Assembly (NCBI GenBank): GCA_030390025.1
Contig: CM059433.1
Coordinates: forward strand, 5,332,001-5,396,000
Direction of reading: 5' to 3'
Origin: Squalus acanthias
Lineage: Eukaryota
DNA: 64,000 nucleotides
In this document: positions 47,516 through 60,294 of the stretch, in pieces
Layout: each line of letters begins with the position of its first letter
Numbering within the stretch: position 1 is the stretch's first letter
Notes under the pieces: generated by a model
What the model was told of the DNA's origin: nothing
Seen by the model: only the letters and a program-made list of their open reading frames with translations
Database searches by the model: none
Translations under genes and position numbers: made by a program

Positions 47516-49175
47516 TGTAGAATTCGCAATATATCGCGATTTTATTAATAAGGAGAAAACACAAAGTTTCGTTCAAACAGCTTTTATTTCAGTAGAATGC
47601 TGGCAGGTTTAAAGTGGACACAAGCAGCCTGTAAAATGGCCGCCGCACCTCGTGACAGAACATTCTAGACTTTTCAACAGGCAGACAAGATGGCGTTTCC
47701 AATAAACATTTGTGCAAGATCGATTAAGATTCAGCACAGTGAAGATAATACACGAGACATTATGGGTTTGCAGTATACACATAGATACTGAAATCGGTCT
47801 CCCAGGTACAAAGGAAAGCCATTGTACCGAGGAATCAAGGGCCCATCCAAAAGACATTAATATGTAAAATCCCAACGACTCTACGATGAGAGAGCCGTTA
47901 GCAGGTAGTTATGCAGGACACTTGGAAGCCCCAAACCCCTCCAGGGAGAACACCGACCGATTTAACAATGGGAGAAATATTAACAGGTACTCAGACATTT
48001 ACGAGTAGCCCCGAAACCCATTAAGAACGGAGATCACCCATACAAGACATTTGGGCGCCAAACCCTAAACAAAAGAATGGACATTATAGTTGGGCGGGAA
48101 ACGGAAGATTTTGCACTATAATTGCAGGCTCCAAACCGTCCATTCTCTCTCTTGCTCTCTTGCTCCTGTGCTTTTATCCGGTCGATTCGTAACCTCGTGG
48201 CTGCTCCTGTGTACTCGTAGTTGGGCTCGCTCCTGCTTGCCTGTTGCCTCTTCTGAAAAGACTGTTGAACTTTCTGATCCGTTCGGATCTACCTCGTGTC
48301 GCGTAACGAAGACCTATGTTGGTAACTGGCAGCGGAACCGAAGGCCCGAGATGAGATGAGATGAGATGAGATGAGATGAGAAGAGAGGAAGACCATATCC
48401 ATCGCCACGGTCAGTAAATCCCGACCGCGCCTGTAGGTCGATTAGCCAAGTTTTCCTCGCCAGGAAGACTTCTTTTGAACTTGCAAGGAAACATATCGTA
48501 TCGACGATATCGATAACTGTGCTCGAAGAGTACCTGTTAAACCAACCAACACAGGTCTTCACCACAGCAGACGGTCCAGCCTGCTAGCCGGAGCAGTAAA
48601 AGCAAGTAAACAAGTGGGACCAGGAGATCTCCTGACCGACACGTGGGTGCTGCGGTGAAAAACATCCGATCAGCTATTCGGAATTTCTCCGAGTTATCAC
48701 GAGTGGTGAGCATGAGTCTCGAGATCCTACGAATCTAGTTTAGGATAGATATTGATAGGGGAGGGTTTAAGGATTAAGGATATTTGTAATGTGTGCCCCT
48801 ATTTACTTTGTGCCGTTCGTTCCTCGTTTCCCTAAGATCGACTATATAACTGTTTGTAAGATTGTACTGTCATTAATCTGTGCTTATGACATGTATTTCA
48901 TAATCTTAAGTAACATGCAATAAAGATTTTCCATTTCGTACCATTCAAACCAAGTCTACATGAGTTTTATCTCCATTACTGCTCTCGCATCTAAGTCCAG
49001 TGTCTAGAACCGTAAGGGAGAGTGATTCGAACCACTCACAGGTGTGTCTAGTGTTCCCAGACTGGCTGGAGACCAGAACAGGCAACAAGGCCTAGACCCG
49101 CACTGACATACAGGCTGCACAGAGCCGCGTGAATCTCACAGGCCGCGAGACACGCAGGGTCAGGAATCCCTTACA
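47516..49175 (+). repeat. 3' LTR (family A)
   Basis: Same length as the 5' LTR and no differences seen by eye; the three incidental ORFs translate identically. Confidence 0.97.
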
Positions 49176-50799
49176 CGCCCAAATCTTAATGTTCATCCTT
49201 TGTAAAATCTTGGCGCTCAAAATTCCCAGTATGGGGTGATTCTTTCCTTTAATGGGTTTCGGTAGCACCTTAAACTGGCCAACTATCCGTTAATGTTTTC
49301 CCCATTGTCGAACCGGCTAGGAGTCTCCCTGACTGGTTTTGGGGCCTCCTCGAATACTGACTTAATCACCCGAGAATGGCTCTCTCATTGTAGAGCCGTG
49401 GGGGAATTTGCGTATTGATGTATCTGGATGGGCCTTCGATTGCCCAGTACAATGGTCCTTACTTGTGCATGGAAAACGATTCCAGCACTTATATCTTGCT
49501 ATTGTGTCGAATGCAGACAGGTTGCATCCTGTCTTTATCAGTGTTTGCTGCGTATTACTTATAAATGTTTATTCGAACGCCATTTTGTCTGCCCACTGAA
49601 AATTCTGGAAGCTTCTGCCACGAGGCGCAGCGGCCATTTTACAGGCTTCTGTGTCCTGTTTAATCATGACAGCATTTCGTTGAAATAAAACTGATGAAAC
49701 AAATCTGCTTTATCTCGTTATTTCGAATCGCGATAATTGCGAATTTTACACCTCCTGACTCCCCAAAGCCTTTCCACCGTCTACAAGACACAAGTCAGGA
49801 GTGTGATGGAATACTCCCTGCTTGCCTGGATGAGTGCAGCTCCAACAACACTCAAGAATCTCGACACTATCCAGGACAAAGCAGCCCACTTGATTGGCAC
49901 CCCATCCACCACCTGAAACATTCACTCCCTCCACCACCGGCGTACCGTGTCTGCAGTATGTACCATCTACAAGATGCAGTGCAGCAACTCGCCAAGGCTT
50001 CTTCGGCAGCACCTCCCAAACCCGCGACCTCTACCACCTAGAAGGACAAGGGCAGCAGGCGCATGGGAACACCACCACCTCCAAGTTCCCCTCCAAGTCA
50101 CACACCATCCTGATTTGGAAATATATCGCCGTTCCTTCATCGTCGCTGAGTCAAAATCCTGGAACTCCCTCCCTAACAGCATTGTGGGAGCACCTTCACC
50201 ACATGGACTGCAGCGGTTCAAGAAGGAGGCTCACCACCAGCTTCTCAAGGGCAACTAGGGATGGGCAATAAATGCTGGCCTTGCCAGTGACGCCCAGATC
50301 CTATGAATGAATTTTTTTTTAATGCAGGTGCAATGACCTCTCGGGATTCTGGCTGCACCAACCATTGCCCTGGCCCCTGTGTTTCACACGTACCACTATG
50401 AACATAGGAATTTATAATGGAAAAAGTTTACAGGATGTGCACCCACATGATGACTTTTAAGTTATACAGATAGGTGGGAAAGCAGATAAAATTATCTGTT
50501 CGTTACAGTTTTCCCCAACACAGAAATGATTTTGAGCCTGATATCTGCATTTTTTCTAACTTATCCTGGTGTAATATAAGAAGTGAATGGGAAATGTTAT
50601 CAGACTGCATCAAATTCCTCTTCAGTTTGTGCTCCATTTTTCTCAAGCAGCATTAAGCATTGAGCGTTTCAAAGAAATGAAAACATATTTTTGTAAATTA
50701 ACAACTCGGAGACTATTTATTGTTCATTCATAACAAAAAAAAACATTGAACCAGAAACTTTGGACCAGTCTGAATTATTGATTGCAACATATATAAGAG

Positions 50800-51405
50800 A
50801 GGAAAGACATCTTACTGCAATTATATAGGGCCCTGGTGAGACCACACCTGGAGTATTGTGTACAGTTTTGGTCTCCTTACCTAAGGAAGGATATACTTGC
50901 CACAGAGGGAGTGCAACAAAGGTTCACCAGACTGGTTCCTGCAATGGGGGGATTATCCTATGAGGAGAGATTCAGTAGACTGGACCTATATTCTCTGGAG
51001 TTTAGAAGAATGAGAGGTGATCTCATTGAAACATACAAAATTCTTACAGGGCTTGACAGGGTAGATGCAGGGAGGATGTTTCCCCTGGCTGGGGAGTCTA
51101 GAACCAGGGGTCACAGTCTCAGAATATGGGGTCGGCAAGTTAGGACTGAGATGAGGAGGAATTTCTTCACTCAGAGGGCGGTGAATCTTTGGAATTCTCT
51201 ACCCCAGAGGGCTGTGGAGGCTCAGTCGTTGAGTATATTCAAGGCTGAGATCGATAGATTTTTGAATATTAAGGGAATCAAGGGATATGGGGATAGTGCA
51301 GGAAAGTGGAGATGAGGTAGAAGATCAGCCATGATCTCATTGAATGGCAGAGCAGGCTCGAGGGGCCAAATGGCCGACTCCTGTTCCTATCTCTTATGTT
51401 CTTAT
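50800..51405 (+). mobile_element. CR1 LINE 3' fragment
   Basis: RPHLEYCVQFWSP..RRMRGDLIETYKIL..FFTQRAVNLWNSLP; tail TCTTATGTTCTTA. Confidence 0.9.
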
Positions 51406-51629
51406 TAGAATGTAAATGACACTCAAACATCTTCAAGTAAAGACTTACAGCAGACTCAGATGTCACTCAACAATATCCAGTAACCTTTGCCTCAGCTGCA
51501 TCTGGGAAAGTTCATTTTTAATATTATCTTAATGTCAAAATGAATGAAGCATGTTGGAAGAATTGAAATGTTTCAAATGTGATAGCTTATAACAAAAAAG
51601 GCATCAAACTGCATTTTCTGTTGTTTTTT

Positions 51630-51870
51630 TTTTATTCGTTCATGGCATGTGGGCGTCGCTGGCAAGGCCAGCATTTATTGCCCATCCCTAATTGCCCTTG
51701 AGAAGGTGGTGGTGAGCCGCCTTCTTGAACCGCTGCAGTCCGTGTGGTGAAGGTACTCCCACAGTGCTGTTAGGGAGGGAGTTCCAGGATTTTGACCCAG
51801 CGACGATGAAGGAACGGCCAATATATTTCCAAGTCAGGGTGGTGTGTGACTTGGAGGGGAGACTTGGAGG
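51630..51870 (-). mobile_element. CR1-group LINE 3' UTR fragment
   Basis: Matches 15405-15635. Confidence 0.8.
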
Positions 51871-54599
51871 TGTGTTGAACCTTGTGAGAGTGCAGCACTT
51901 GGAGAGGAGCTGAGAAACACTTCTTTGGGACTTAGGGTTTTCCCAGTCTGGTTGGCCATATTCCTGGAGGTTTCACGACATGACCTCCTGCCTCCAACCG
52001 CTCCCGTCTCGTCTAACAGTCTATTTTTTCCCATCTCCAATATTGTGTAACCAATAAAATGAAAGTATTCAATGAAAATGAAAAAAAAGGGACGCACCAT
52101 TTTTTTTAATGATTTTTCTCCTGGGTTGCTCACAGCTGCGTCCAGAAAATTAATCTTTAATTTTTGAGGATTCCAGGAGATTGCCGGAGGATTGGCAGCC
52201 CCGATGGGACTCAGATTGTGAAGTGTTAAGCAAACTGCTTTGAAGTTTTTTTTCTTAAAAGCCGTTTCTTCTAAGTGATTATTATATACACCGTCTGTTC
52301 TTGTACAAGATCTGTCATGAATTCGCGGTGGCTGGTATTTTCTTACTTACTGAGCAGGTGATGGCAGTTTGTGCCACCGTTAAAATCAAAATGATTCATT
52401 TATTCAACCACTGCATAAACATGCAGCTTATTATATTGGGAGTTATTTCAAGCTATATAATTAATCAAGATAAAATTTCCATAAATAAAACATTCCTTTC
52501 CTCAAGCTCCATGAGTATGAAGTACTTTCATGAGTATAGGGTCCCCAGATTCTGTATTCATAATCTCCCTCTTCAAATAGAATTTTGAAAAGTTTCCTGG
52601 CCCCTTCAGTAGCTCCATGGTATGATGTGATGTTGAGCCAAGCTCAATCTTTGGCCTCTGTTGTACTAGCTGATCAGTGCCAGGCCAAGATTTGGAACAC
52701 TACAAGTAGTCTCAGTGTCCCTGAGCTGTGTAAGGGAAAGCATCCACCAGAACTCCCAACACCAACAGCTATCCAGTGACCGCCCCCCCTCCCCGCCACC
52801 ACCCCCCCACCCCCGTGCCCCCCGCCCCCCACCACCCCCCGCTGGAAAGTGCACCAATGTTGACCCACTACAGTCGGACTGCCTGCCAACATTCATTGTC
52901 TAGGGCCACACACAAAGAACAGTCACTTGCGTGAGTGAGCTAACTCGAGGCTCCTGGTACCTGTGGGACCACAGGAGGGGTAAGTGGAGAAAAAATGGAA
53001 GAGAATAAAATATTATTAATTGCAAAGACCCAACTCAGCATCAGGTTTGCAGGCAGGGCTGCCTACGGTGCACATGCAGTGAGAGAAGCTCTCAACACCA
53101 ACAGTAGTGCCCACATGTGTGTGGAACAGCGCTGGTACTGCTGCTGTTCTTTGTTTTTGGAGCAGCAAGTCAGCTCCACTTTACTTGAATAAATATACGA
53201 CAGCAGAACTCAGCCCAGAGCCTAAAATAGGTAAAAGCGTCCACAGTGAGCAGCCAATGAAGAAGTTCGATGAATGAGAAGGACTGCTGTATCTGAACTG
53301 AGGTGACCGGCTAGCCAGCAACAGCAGTATTGATGCTGTCCTCTGATAAAGGGAGGTACTAGGGTGGCTGAAGAAATGGAGACGATATAAAAGGCATCAT
53401 CACAAATTCTCGGACACAGCACGATATCCCCCCCGTAACGTTCAGTGAAATAAAATATCTTTTCTAATCAGGAGTTACAACAGCATTGTAATTCAAATCA
53501 TGCGATTCAATCAGAGGGGACTGTTGGCCATTGTTGTCTGATGTGACGTCCACTGTTAGCAAACAACATTTTCTAAAAATGGAACAAAGTCACCAGTCCC
53601 CACAACCTCCATCTGGATTTTTTTAGTACAGAAAACACAGATTGAAATGTGCTTCAAAAACATACACCTCAGTGAATGAGATAGCTTTGATATACCGGTG
53701 AGGTTCCTATGTGAAAGCACTGATTTATCAATGACTTGATGTATTAGAAGCTTATTATTTGTATAATTAATGTCCACAAATCAGTAGAAACTAGGATTAG
53801 TAGAAAAATAATAGAACAAATGATTAAATCTTGATTCTTTTACTCTTTAACTATAACTTTTAGTCAATGTTTTAATGAGGATGGGTTAAGTAAATCTAAG
53901 TCGACCCAGAAGACACGTGTTCGTGCTCGCAGCCACCGCTGTATAGCAGAATGAATCTTGAATTTAACCACCTCTGTTCATTTTTCAATGTCGACTATTA
54001 TAAATAAGTAACATCCTCGACACTCTTTCATTTAACTCTGCTCCCCTTGTGAGTTATTATAAAAGGTCTGCCTGCCATCTCATTTCAGGTGAAGAAGCAA
54101 AACACGGCAAATAAATCACACAACTAAAAAAAAGTTCATTCTTCAATGAATAAATCTTCCTATTTGGAGCCTCGGTGGAATTTAGTGACTATCGTTTTCT
54201 CAATGTTGCCTGTCTTTAACATATTCTCTGATTTGGAATATCACTGAGCTACGGTGTTAACTGATTTCTTGAAGTGACTATCATGCATGAAACTGTGAAC
54301 AGGATCATTTCAAACTCAACCTTGATATTAACCCCTCACGATGGGTGGGAGAGTCTGGGGGGTTGGGGGCGGGGGGTTGGCTAAATTTTTTTTAAAGGGG
54401 AACGTGTTCCCATCCTGTCGCGTATGCACCCGTTGCCGTTTTTCCAGCGGCAGATAGCTTGCCACGCGAGTGTTCCTCCCTCGACAGACGGCGCACTTAT
54501 TAACATATTTAAATCAGGCTCCCACAGTGCAATTGGGAGCCTGATTTAAATTTAACAGCTGCCGCGCGAGTTTCCCAAGGCTCGAGATTTAAACACAAT

Positions 54600-55443
54600 G
54601 GGCTGGATTTTGTGAATGGAGGCAAGTTGGAGGCGGGACAGCTGCTTGTCGTGTCAATGTCCCGCCTCCATCCTCACCTGACCAATCAGAGGGATTTTCC
54701 CCTGATTGAGCTTGTTAAGCCCGCCCTACGGGCTCAGCAGGCCAATTAGGGAGGAAGTCACTGACAGATCACGTCAACGTCAGCGTGCCATCTGTCAAGA
54801 CTTCTTGAAAGAAGAAATGACAGCGTTTGACAGCTCTGTGAAGCTTTCAAACACTGCCATTCTCTTTAGTTTGATGAGCTTTTGTGGTGAGGACTCATCA
54901 AACCTTTCAAATTTGTAAATTCCACATGTCTGTAGGAACGGAGGTTCCATCAACCATTATGTGAAATTGACAAGGAGAATGTCGGCTCTCCCCATCCAGC
55001 GCAGCTGAAGGCTGTAGAAAGAAAACAAGGTAAGTGAACACTTTTTTAAACTTATCACTCACCTTACATACTTACCACTCCACACTTGCACCCATCACTC
55101 ACCTCTACACCTTACTTCCAGGTGCCTCCGACCCCCACAGACCTCCTCCACGTCTCCTCCAACCCGGCGGGGTTCTCCGAGGTTGGGAAGCCTGCACCTG
55201 AGAAGATAAAATGGCACTAATCCTTTTTTCTGCCTGTTAACTACCTGTTAACAGGCAGTTAAAAGGATTGAATGATTTCCCGCCTCCAGGAGACGGGACC
55301 CGAAGCTGCACATCCTCCCGCCTCCTGGAAAAAGGGCACGGAGGCGGGATTGGGGTGGGTTTGCCATCCGCCCCCACTTTCTCCGAGTTTACCGGCTGGC
55401 CCGCCTCCATGCCCGCCTCCTCGGGGCTTGGAAAATCCAGCCC
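54600..55443. mobile_element. Non-autonomous Harbinger-like TIR element
   Basis: TIRs GGGCTGGATTTT / AAAATCCAGCCC, identical to those of 24628-25270. Confidence 0.7.
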
Positions 55444-55459
55444 ATAGGGCACGATCTTG

Positions 55460-57187
55460 TGTAAGGGATTCCTGACCCTGCGTGTCTCGCAGCCTGTGAG
55501 ATTCACGCGGCTCTGTGCAGCCTGTATGTCAGTGCGGGTCTAGGCCTGGTTGCCTGTTCTGGTCTCCAGCCAGTCTGGGAACACTAGACACACCTGTGAG
55601 TGGTTCGAATCACTCTCCCTTACGGTTCTAGACACTGGACTTAGATGCGAGAGCAGTAATGGAGATAAAACTCATGTAGACTTGGTTTGAATGGTACGAA
55701 ATGGAAAATCTTTATTGCATGATGCTTAAGATTATGAAATACATGTCATAAGCACAGATTAATGACAGTACAATCTTACAAACAGTTATATAGTCGATCT
55801 TAGGGAAACGAGGAACGAACGGCACAAAGTAAATAGGGGCACACATTACAAATATCCTTAATCCTTAAACCCTCCCCTATCAATATCTATCCTAAACTAG
55901 CTTCGTAGGATCTCGAGACTCATGCTCACCACTCGTGATAACTCGGAGAAATTCCGAATAGCTGATCGGATGTTTTTCACCGCAGCACCCACGTGTCGGT
56001 CAGGAGATCTCCTGGTCCCACTTGTTTACTTGCTTCTGCTGCTCCGGCTAGCAGGCTGGACCGTCTGCTGTGATGAAGACCTGTGTTGGTTGGTTTAACA
56101 GGTACTCTTGGAGCACAGTTGTCAATATCATCGATACGATGTGTTTTCACGTTCCAATCTCCTTGGACACAGTCCCGTTATCGTCGATGCAATATGTTTT
56201 GTTAAAAAGTTCAAATAGAAATCTTCCTGGCGAGGAAAACTTGGCTGATCGACCTACAGGCGCGGTCGGGATTTACTGACCGTGGCGATGGATATGGTCT
56301 TCCTCTCTTCTCATCTCATCTCATCTCATCTCATCTCATCTCATCTCGGGCCTTTGGTTCCGCTGCCAGTTACCAACATAGGTCTTCGTTACGCGACACG
56401 AGGTAGATCCGAACGGATCAGAAAGTTCAACAGTCTTTTCAGAAGAGGCAACAGGCAAGCCGAAGCCCAACTACGAGTACACGGGAGCAGCCACGAGGTT
56501 ACGAATCGACCGGATAAAAACACAGGAGCAAGCGAGCGAATGCAAGAGCAAGAGAGAGAATGGACGGTTTGGAGCCTGCAATTATAGTGCAAAAATCTTC
56601 CGTTTCCCGCCCAACTATAATGTCCATTCTTTTGTTTAGGGTTTGGCGCCCAAATGTCTTGTATGGGTGATCTCCGTTCTTAATGGGTTTCGGGGCTACT
56701 CATAAATGTCTGAGTACCTGTTAATATTTCTCCCATTGTTAAATCGGTCGGTGTTCTCCCTGGAGGGGTTTGGGGCTTCCAAGTGTCCTGTATAACTACC
56801 TGCTAACGGCTCTCTCATCGTAGAGTCGTTGGGATTTTACATATTAATGTCTTTTGGATGGGCCCTTGATTACTCGGTACAATGGCTTTCCTTTGTACCT
56901 GGGAGACCGATTCCAGTATCTATGTTTATACTGCAAACCCATAATGTCTCGTGTATTATCTTCACTGTGCTGAATCGTTATCGATCTTGCACAAATGTTT
57001 AATGGAACGCCATCTTGTCTGCCTGTTGAAAAGTCTAGAATGTTCTGTCACGAGGTGCGGCGGCCATTTTACAGGCTGCTTGTGTCCAATTTAAACCTGC
57101 CAGCATTCTGCTGAAATAAAAGCTGTTTGAACGAAACTTTGTGTTTTCTCCTTATTAATCAAATCGCGATATATTGCGAATTCTACA
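55460..57187 (-). repeat. 3' LTR (family A, 1728 bp)
   Basis: TGTAAGGG...TTCTACA; near-identical to 990-2688. Confidence 0.96.
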
Positions 57188-57629
57188 GTCCCTCCTGTTG
57201 ATGCGAATAACTCCGCTTATCGTATCAAAAATCACAGTGGTGAGCAATATTATCTCGATTTCTCTCCGAATCCAGTAAATTAATCCCATAATTTTTAACT
57301 TATCTAGGGTCTCTGTGTCGTCCTTATTTCCCAAGAAAATCACATTTTATATCACCGTAGGCATTATTTGCCCTTAAACTTACACCACTTGTTTTCCTTC
57401 CCGGCGTAACCAGGCCGATACCTCTCGTATCACCTGTATATTTGTCTTTTATTCAGGGAAAGGAAAAAACAAAACCCAAAAACCAAACAATCAACACCAT
57501 CACCAAAATAATCAAACCCCAACTCTTAAAACATGTCGAGTTTCCAACGTATTTACAATCTCTGAAAATCTTATATGAGTACAGGCTTCCGCGGCGCACG
57601 CGGCGAGCGGGAGTGACGCCATTTTCCGA

Positions 57630-59981
57630 TTACACGGTGCTCTCATCGTGCACGCGCACGTAACGTTCTCGCCACTCTCCCGTGTTTTCATGCTTGGTGA
57701 GGCGTTTGTCTCTTTTACAATGTACAACCAATAGGTACACTACAATGAAAACTTGGCATACGACTAAAATGTGGGAGGCTATTCTGATCCATGAAGGTAC
57801 TTCAATATTAGTGAACAGATTCCACCACGGTGGAACTACTATATCCAGAATGTCTGTTCCTATTTCGACAGTTTTCTGCTCTAATGTATAAAAATGTTTC
57901 TGTGACACCGCGACGGCTTTTAAAAGCTTGGTGAGGTGTTCAGGGAGAGGGGGAATGAGGTATCCAAAATGCGCGACGAATCGCTGCAAGTCGGTGAAAT
58001 TCTCTTTTACTGTGAGATGAACAGTGGATGGTTCAGGGATTGGGATAATTCGCTGTTGTGCTACTTGAACTTCAGCCCTGGGTTTAAAACAGAAACTGCT
58101 GTCACTCACCGGACACCGGCTACGGTTTCCATGCTGGTAGTGTTGCGCTGCAGTGGTAACACAATATGTTCCACCCCCGATGTATGCTACCTGCGGAGGC
58201 ACATGATCTTGTGCCATTGCCTCCATGGTGCAATTCATGGACTTGGCGCCAGCCGTTCTGAACCCGCACTGTGGTGTTAAAAAGGCATTCAAGTGCTGGG
58301 GGCACAGTATTATGTGTGCTCCCCTGCCACGACAACCAGAGAGATCTGTACCTGTCATCGTTTGCTCCCAGCGGATGACGTAAGGTGGAACCGCTGCGTA
58401 ACGAATGTGGGCTCCCCCCTGAATGACACCAATGTTCTCTACCCGATATACCGGGGCGGGCTTTGCTGTGTCGCCCAAAACCGGCATGCGTAATACTATT
58501 CCCATAATAGTATGGTTTGATCGTCCGCAGTCCACGGGGACTGGGTAAGCTTCTGAAGCTAGCCTGAGCTGGCACGGACTTAATGCGTTCTGAAAAGGGT
58601 GGAGCGCCCGTAGGTGTTTGTTACTTATCCAGGACGGAACCAAACCTTGTTTTAAATCCTCCAAATTACTGCGGCCCTCGCCCAGTAACCACGCCCCGTA
58701 AAGCACGCACACCTCGTTCTGCGCAGCTTGATCGGATGCATTCCGATCTTCCCTGATCAGGGCATTTACCGTACGCGCATGTTTCTCCAGCTCTGCTATA
58801 ATTTCCTTTAAATGGAGAGTCATGGCTTGGTCCTCGTGTAGACCTGACCCTACCACTTTATTCTCATCTGTTAGAATGTCTTTTAACTGTGTCTTTAAAC
58901 CATTAATCTGGGTCTGCAGCTCCACACTGTCTAGAGCGTTGACCACAGATGTACCCGTGTTAAAAGCAGTGAACGCATCGTTCACCAAACCCCTTCTTTG
59001 CCTCCCTACTTGATCCAAAACTTCCTGTGGTGCGGTGTACAAACTTGTTTTATCAATTTCTGCAAAATCAAACTCGTAAAATTGTCTGAACATCTTGGTC
59101 AACAGGACCTGATACAACTGTTCCGTCTTTTTGGGGCACCACTCTGGTAACCGTACCTCAGTGAGATTTAAAATCACCGAGGCCACCGCGTAATGTACCC
59201 CCTGAAATAGTATCTGGTCTGTGGGGACCAGTACCAAACCATTCCCGGGTCCCTTACTAGTTTTAGGGCACCCTTCTTCCTCAGCTAGAACCACCGGAAT
59301 CGTGGGCGGGGCTTTGCGTGGGCGCGTAATGAGCTCAGTGGCATTTACTGGGATCGGGGAGAATGGGGCTCCGCACCCCCTGGTGCTCGCATCCCACCTC
59401 ATCCCCTGTCCGTTATCCTGCCATTGATTAATAAAAAATATGGAGATGCCTTTGGGGCAAACGTACTTTGACCCCCACATACATACATAAATTCCCTCAT
59501 CCGGTTCCCACCATTTGTCCCAACAGACTTTCACTTGTCCGTCTGTCCCCGTAATTGTCCGATGGGTATTATTACCCAGTCGTTCCCACTCGACCGAAGA
59601 GTTTCTCATAGTTTTGCTCAGCTTTCGCAGCCACCACCATCGGCTCAATGGGACCTTCCCACTACAAGTCAAACAAATCCGTTTGCCGACGGTGACGCTG
59701 ATCCTGGGTGCGATGATCCTTACTTTGGGGCACAGTAAAGAAGTCTCTTGGTAGGCAAACCCCGATGTGCTGGAATACTCCGTTGAGTTCGTTCCCAGCC
59801 ATCCTGGCCACCTTCCCTTGTGGAAATAGGTGCTGGTCCCCTCTGCCTTCCGTCTTCCGGTCCCATCCACCGCGATGGGGGCCGTGTCCCCGGAACATCC
59901 AAACACCACGACATCCTTGGTGCGGCCTCGATAGGCCAATCCACATCCGATTGCCACGAGCAATACTAGAATTCGTTCCAT
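57630..59981 (-). CDS. env: Envelope glycoprotein (783 aa), second intact copy
   Basis: About 10 aa differences from the + copy by manual comparison. Confidence 0.9.
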   Translation of the reverse strand: MERILVLLVAIGCGLAYRGRTKDVVVFGCSGDTAPIAVDGTGRRKAEGTSTYFHKGRWPGWLGTNSTEYSSTSGFAYQETSLLCPKVRIIAPRISVTVGKRICLTCSGKVPLSRWWWLRKLSKTMRNSSVEWERLGNNTHRTITGTDGQVKVCWDKWWEPDEGIYVCMWGSKYVCPKGISIFFINQWQDNGQGMRWDASTRGCGAPFSPIPVNATELITRPRKAPPTIPVVLAEEEGCPKTSKGPGNGLVLVPTDQILFQGVHYAVASVILNLTEVRLPEWCPKKTEQLYQVLLTKMFRQFYEFDFAEIDKTSLYTAPQEVLDQVGRQRRGLVNDAFTAFNTGTSVVNALDSVELQTQINGLKTQLKDILTDENKVVGSGLHEDQAMTLHLKEIIAELEKHARTVNALIREDRNASDQAAQNEVCVLYGAWLLGEGRSNLEDLKQGLVPSWISNKHLRALHPFQNALSPCQLRLASEAYPVPVDCGRSNHTIMGIVLRMPVLGDTAKPAPVYRVENIGVIQGGAHIRYAAVPPYVIRWEQTMTGTDLSGCRGRGAHIILCPQHLNAFLTPQCGFRTAGAKSMNCTMEAMAQDHVPPQVAYIGGGTYCVTTAAQHYQHGNRSRCPVSDSSFCFKPRAEVQVAQQRIIPIPEPSTVHLTVKENFTDLQRFVAHFGYLIPPLPEHLTKLLKAVAVSQKHFYTLEQKTVEIGTDILDIVVPPWWNLFTNIEVPSWIRIASHILVVCQVFIVVYLLVVHCKRDKRLTKHENTGEWRERYVRVHDESTV

Positions 59982-60294
59982 CCTTCCTTGGTTCCTGTGA
60001 TCAGATAGAATGAGGTAGCCAGCCTCGCAAGAGTCTCTGGCTTTTGTGAAGGGTGAGCGGGTCCCCTGACCTCGCCTCACGTAAACTTCAACGTTTGCTG
60101 AATAAGCTTCCTCTAAACCTAACCTTAAAACTCCCATCATTTTATCGTTTTCTGTTAAAAACACTACAAACTTAGCCTTATTAAAACTACAACCTTAACC
60201 TTGAACTATAAACTTAAAACTTAACCTTGTTACTTATAAACTTAAAACTTAGAACTATAACTTTACAGTGCCGCCCGTTCTCAGGGCGGCCCCT

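Larger units (their letters stand above)
39725..49175 (+). mobile_element. Complete non-autonomous provirus: LTR-PBS-gag-(readthrough ORF)-env-PPT-LTR, lacking PR/RT/RH/IN
   Basis: Two 1660-bp LTRs; CGCC TSD (39721-39724 / 49176-49179); internal ORFs intact. Confidence 0.96.
38690..49750 (-). mobile_element. Solo LTR, family B (~1606 bp), split into 38690-39724 and 49176-49750
   Basis: TGTAAGGGG...TTTTACA termini; CCTC TSD (38686-38689 / 49751-49754); diverged relative of family A LTR. Confidence 0.92.
38617..50322 (+). mobile_element. CR1-group LINE 3' fragment split into 38617-38689 and 49751-50322
   Basis: ...GTGTCTCACCTC | CCTCCTGACTCCCCAAAG... rejoins to match the intact copy at 20110-20140. 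Confidence 0.9.
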
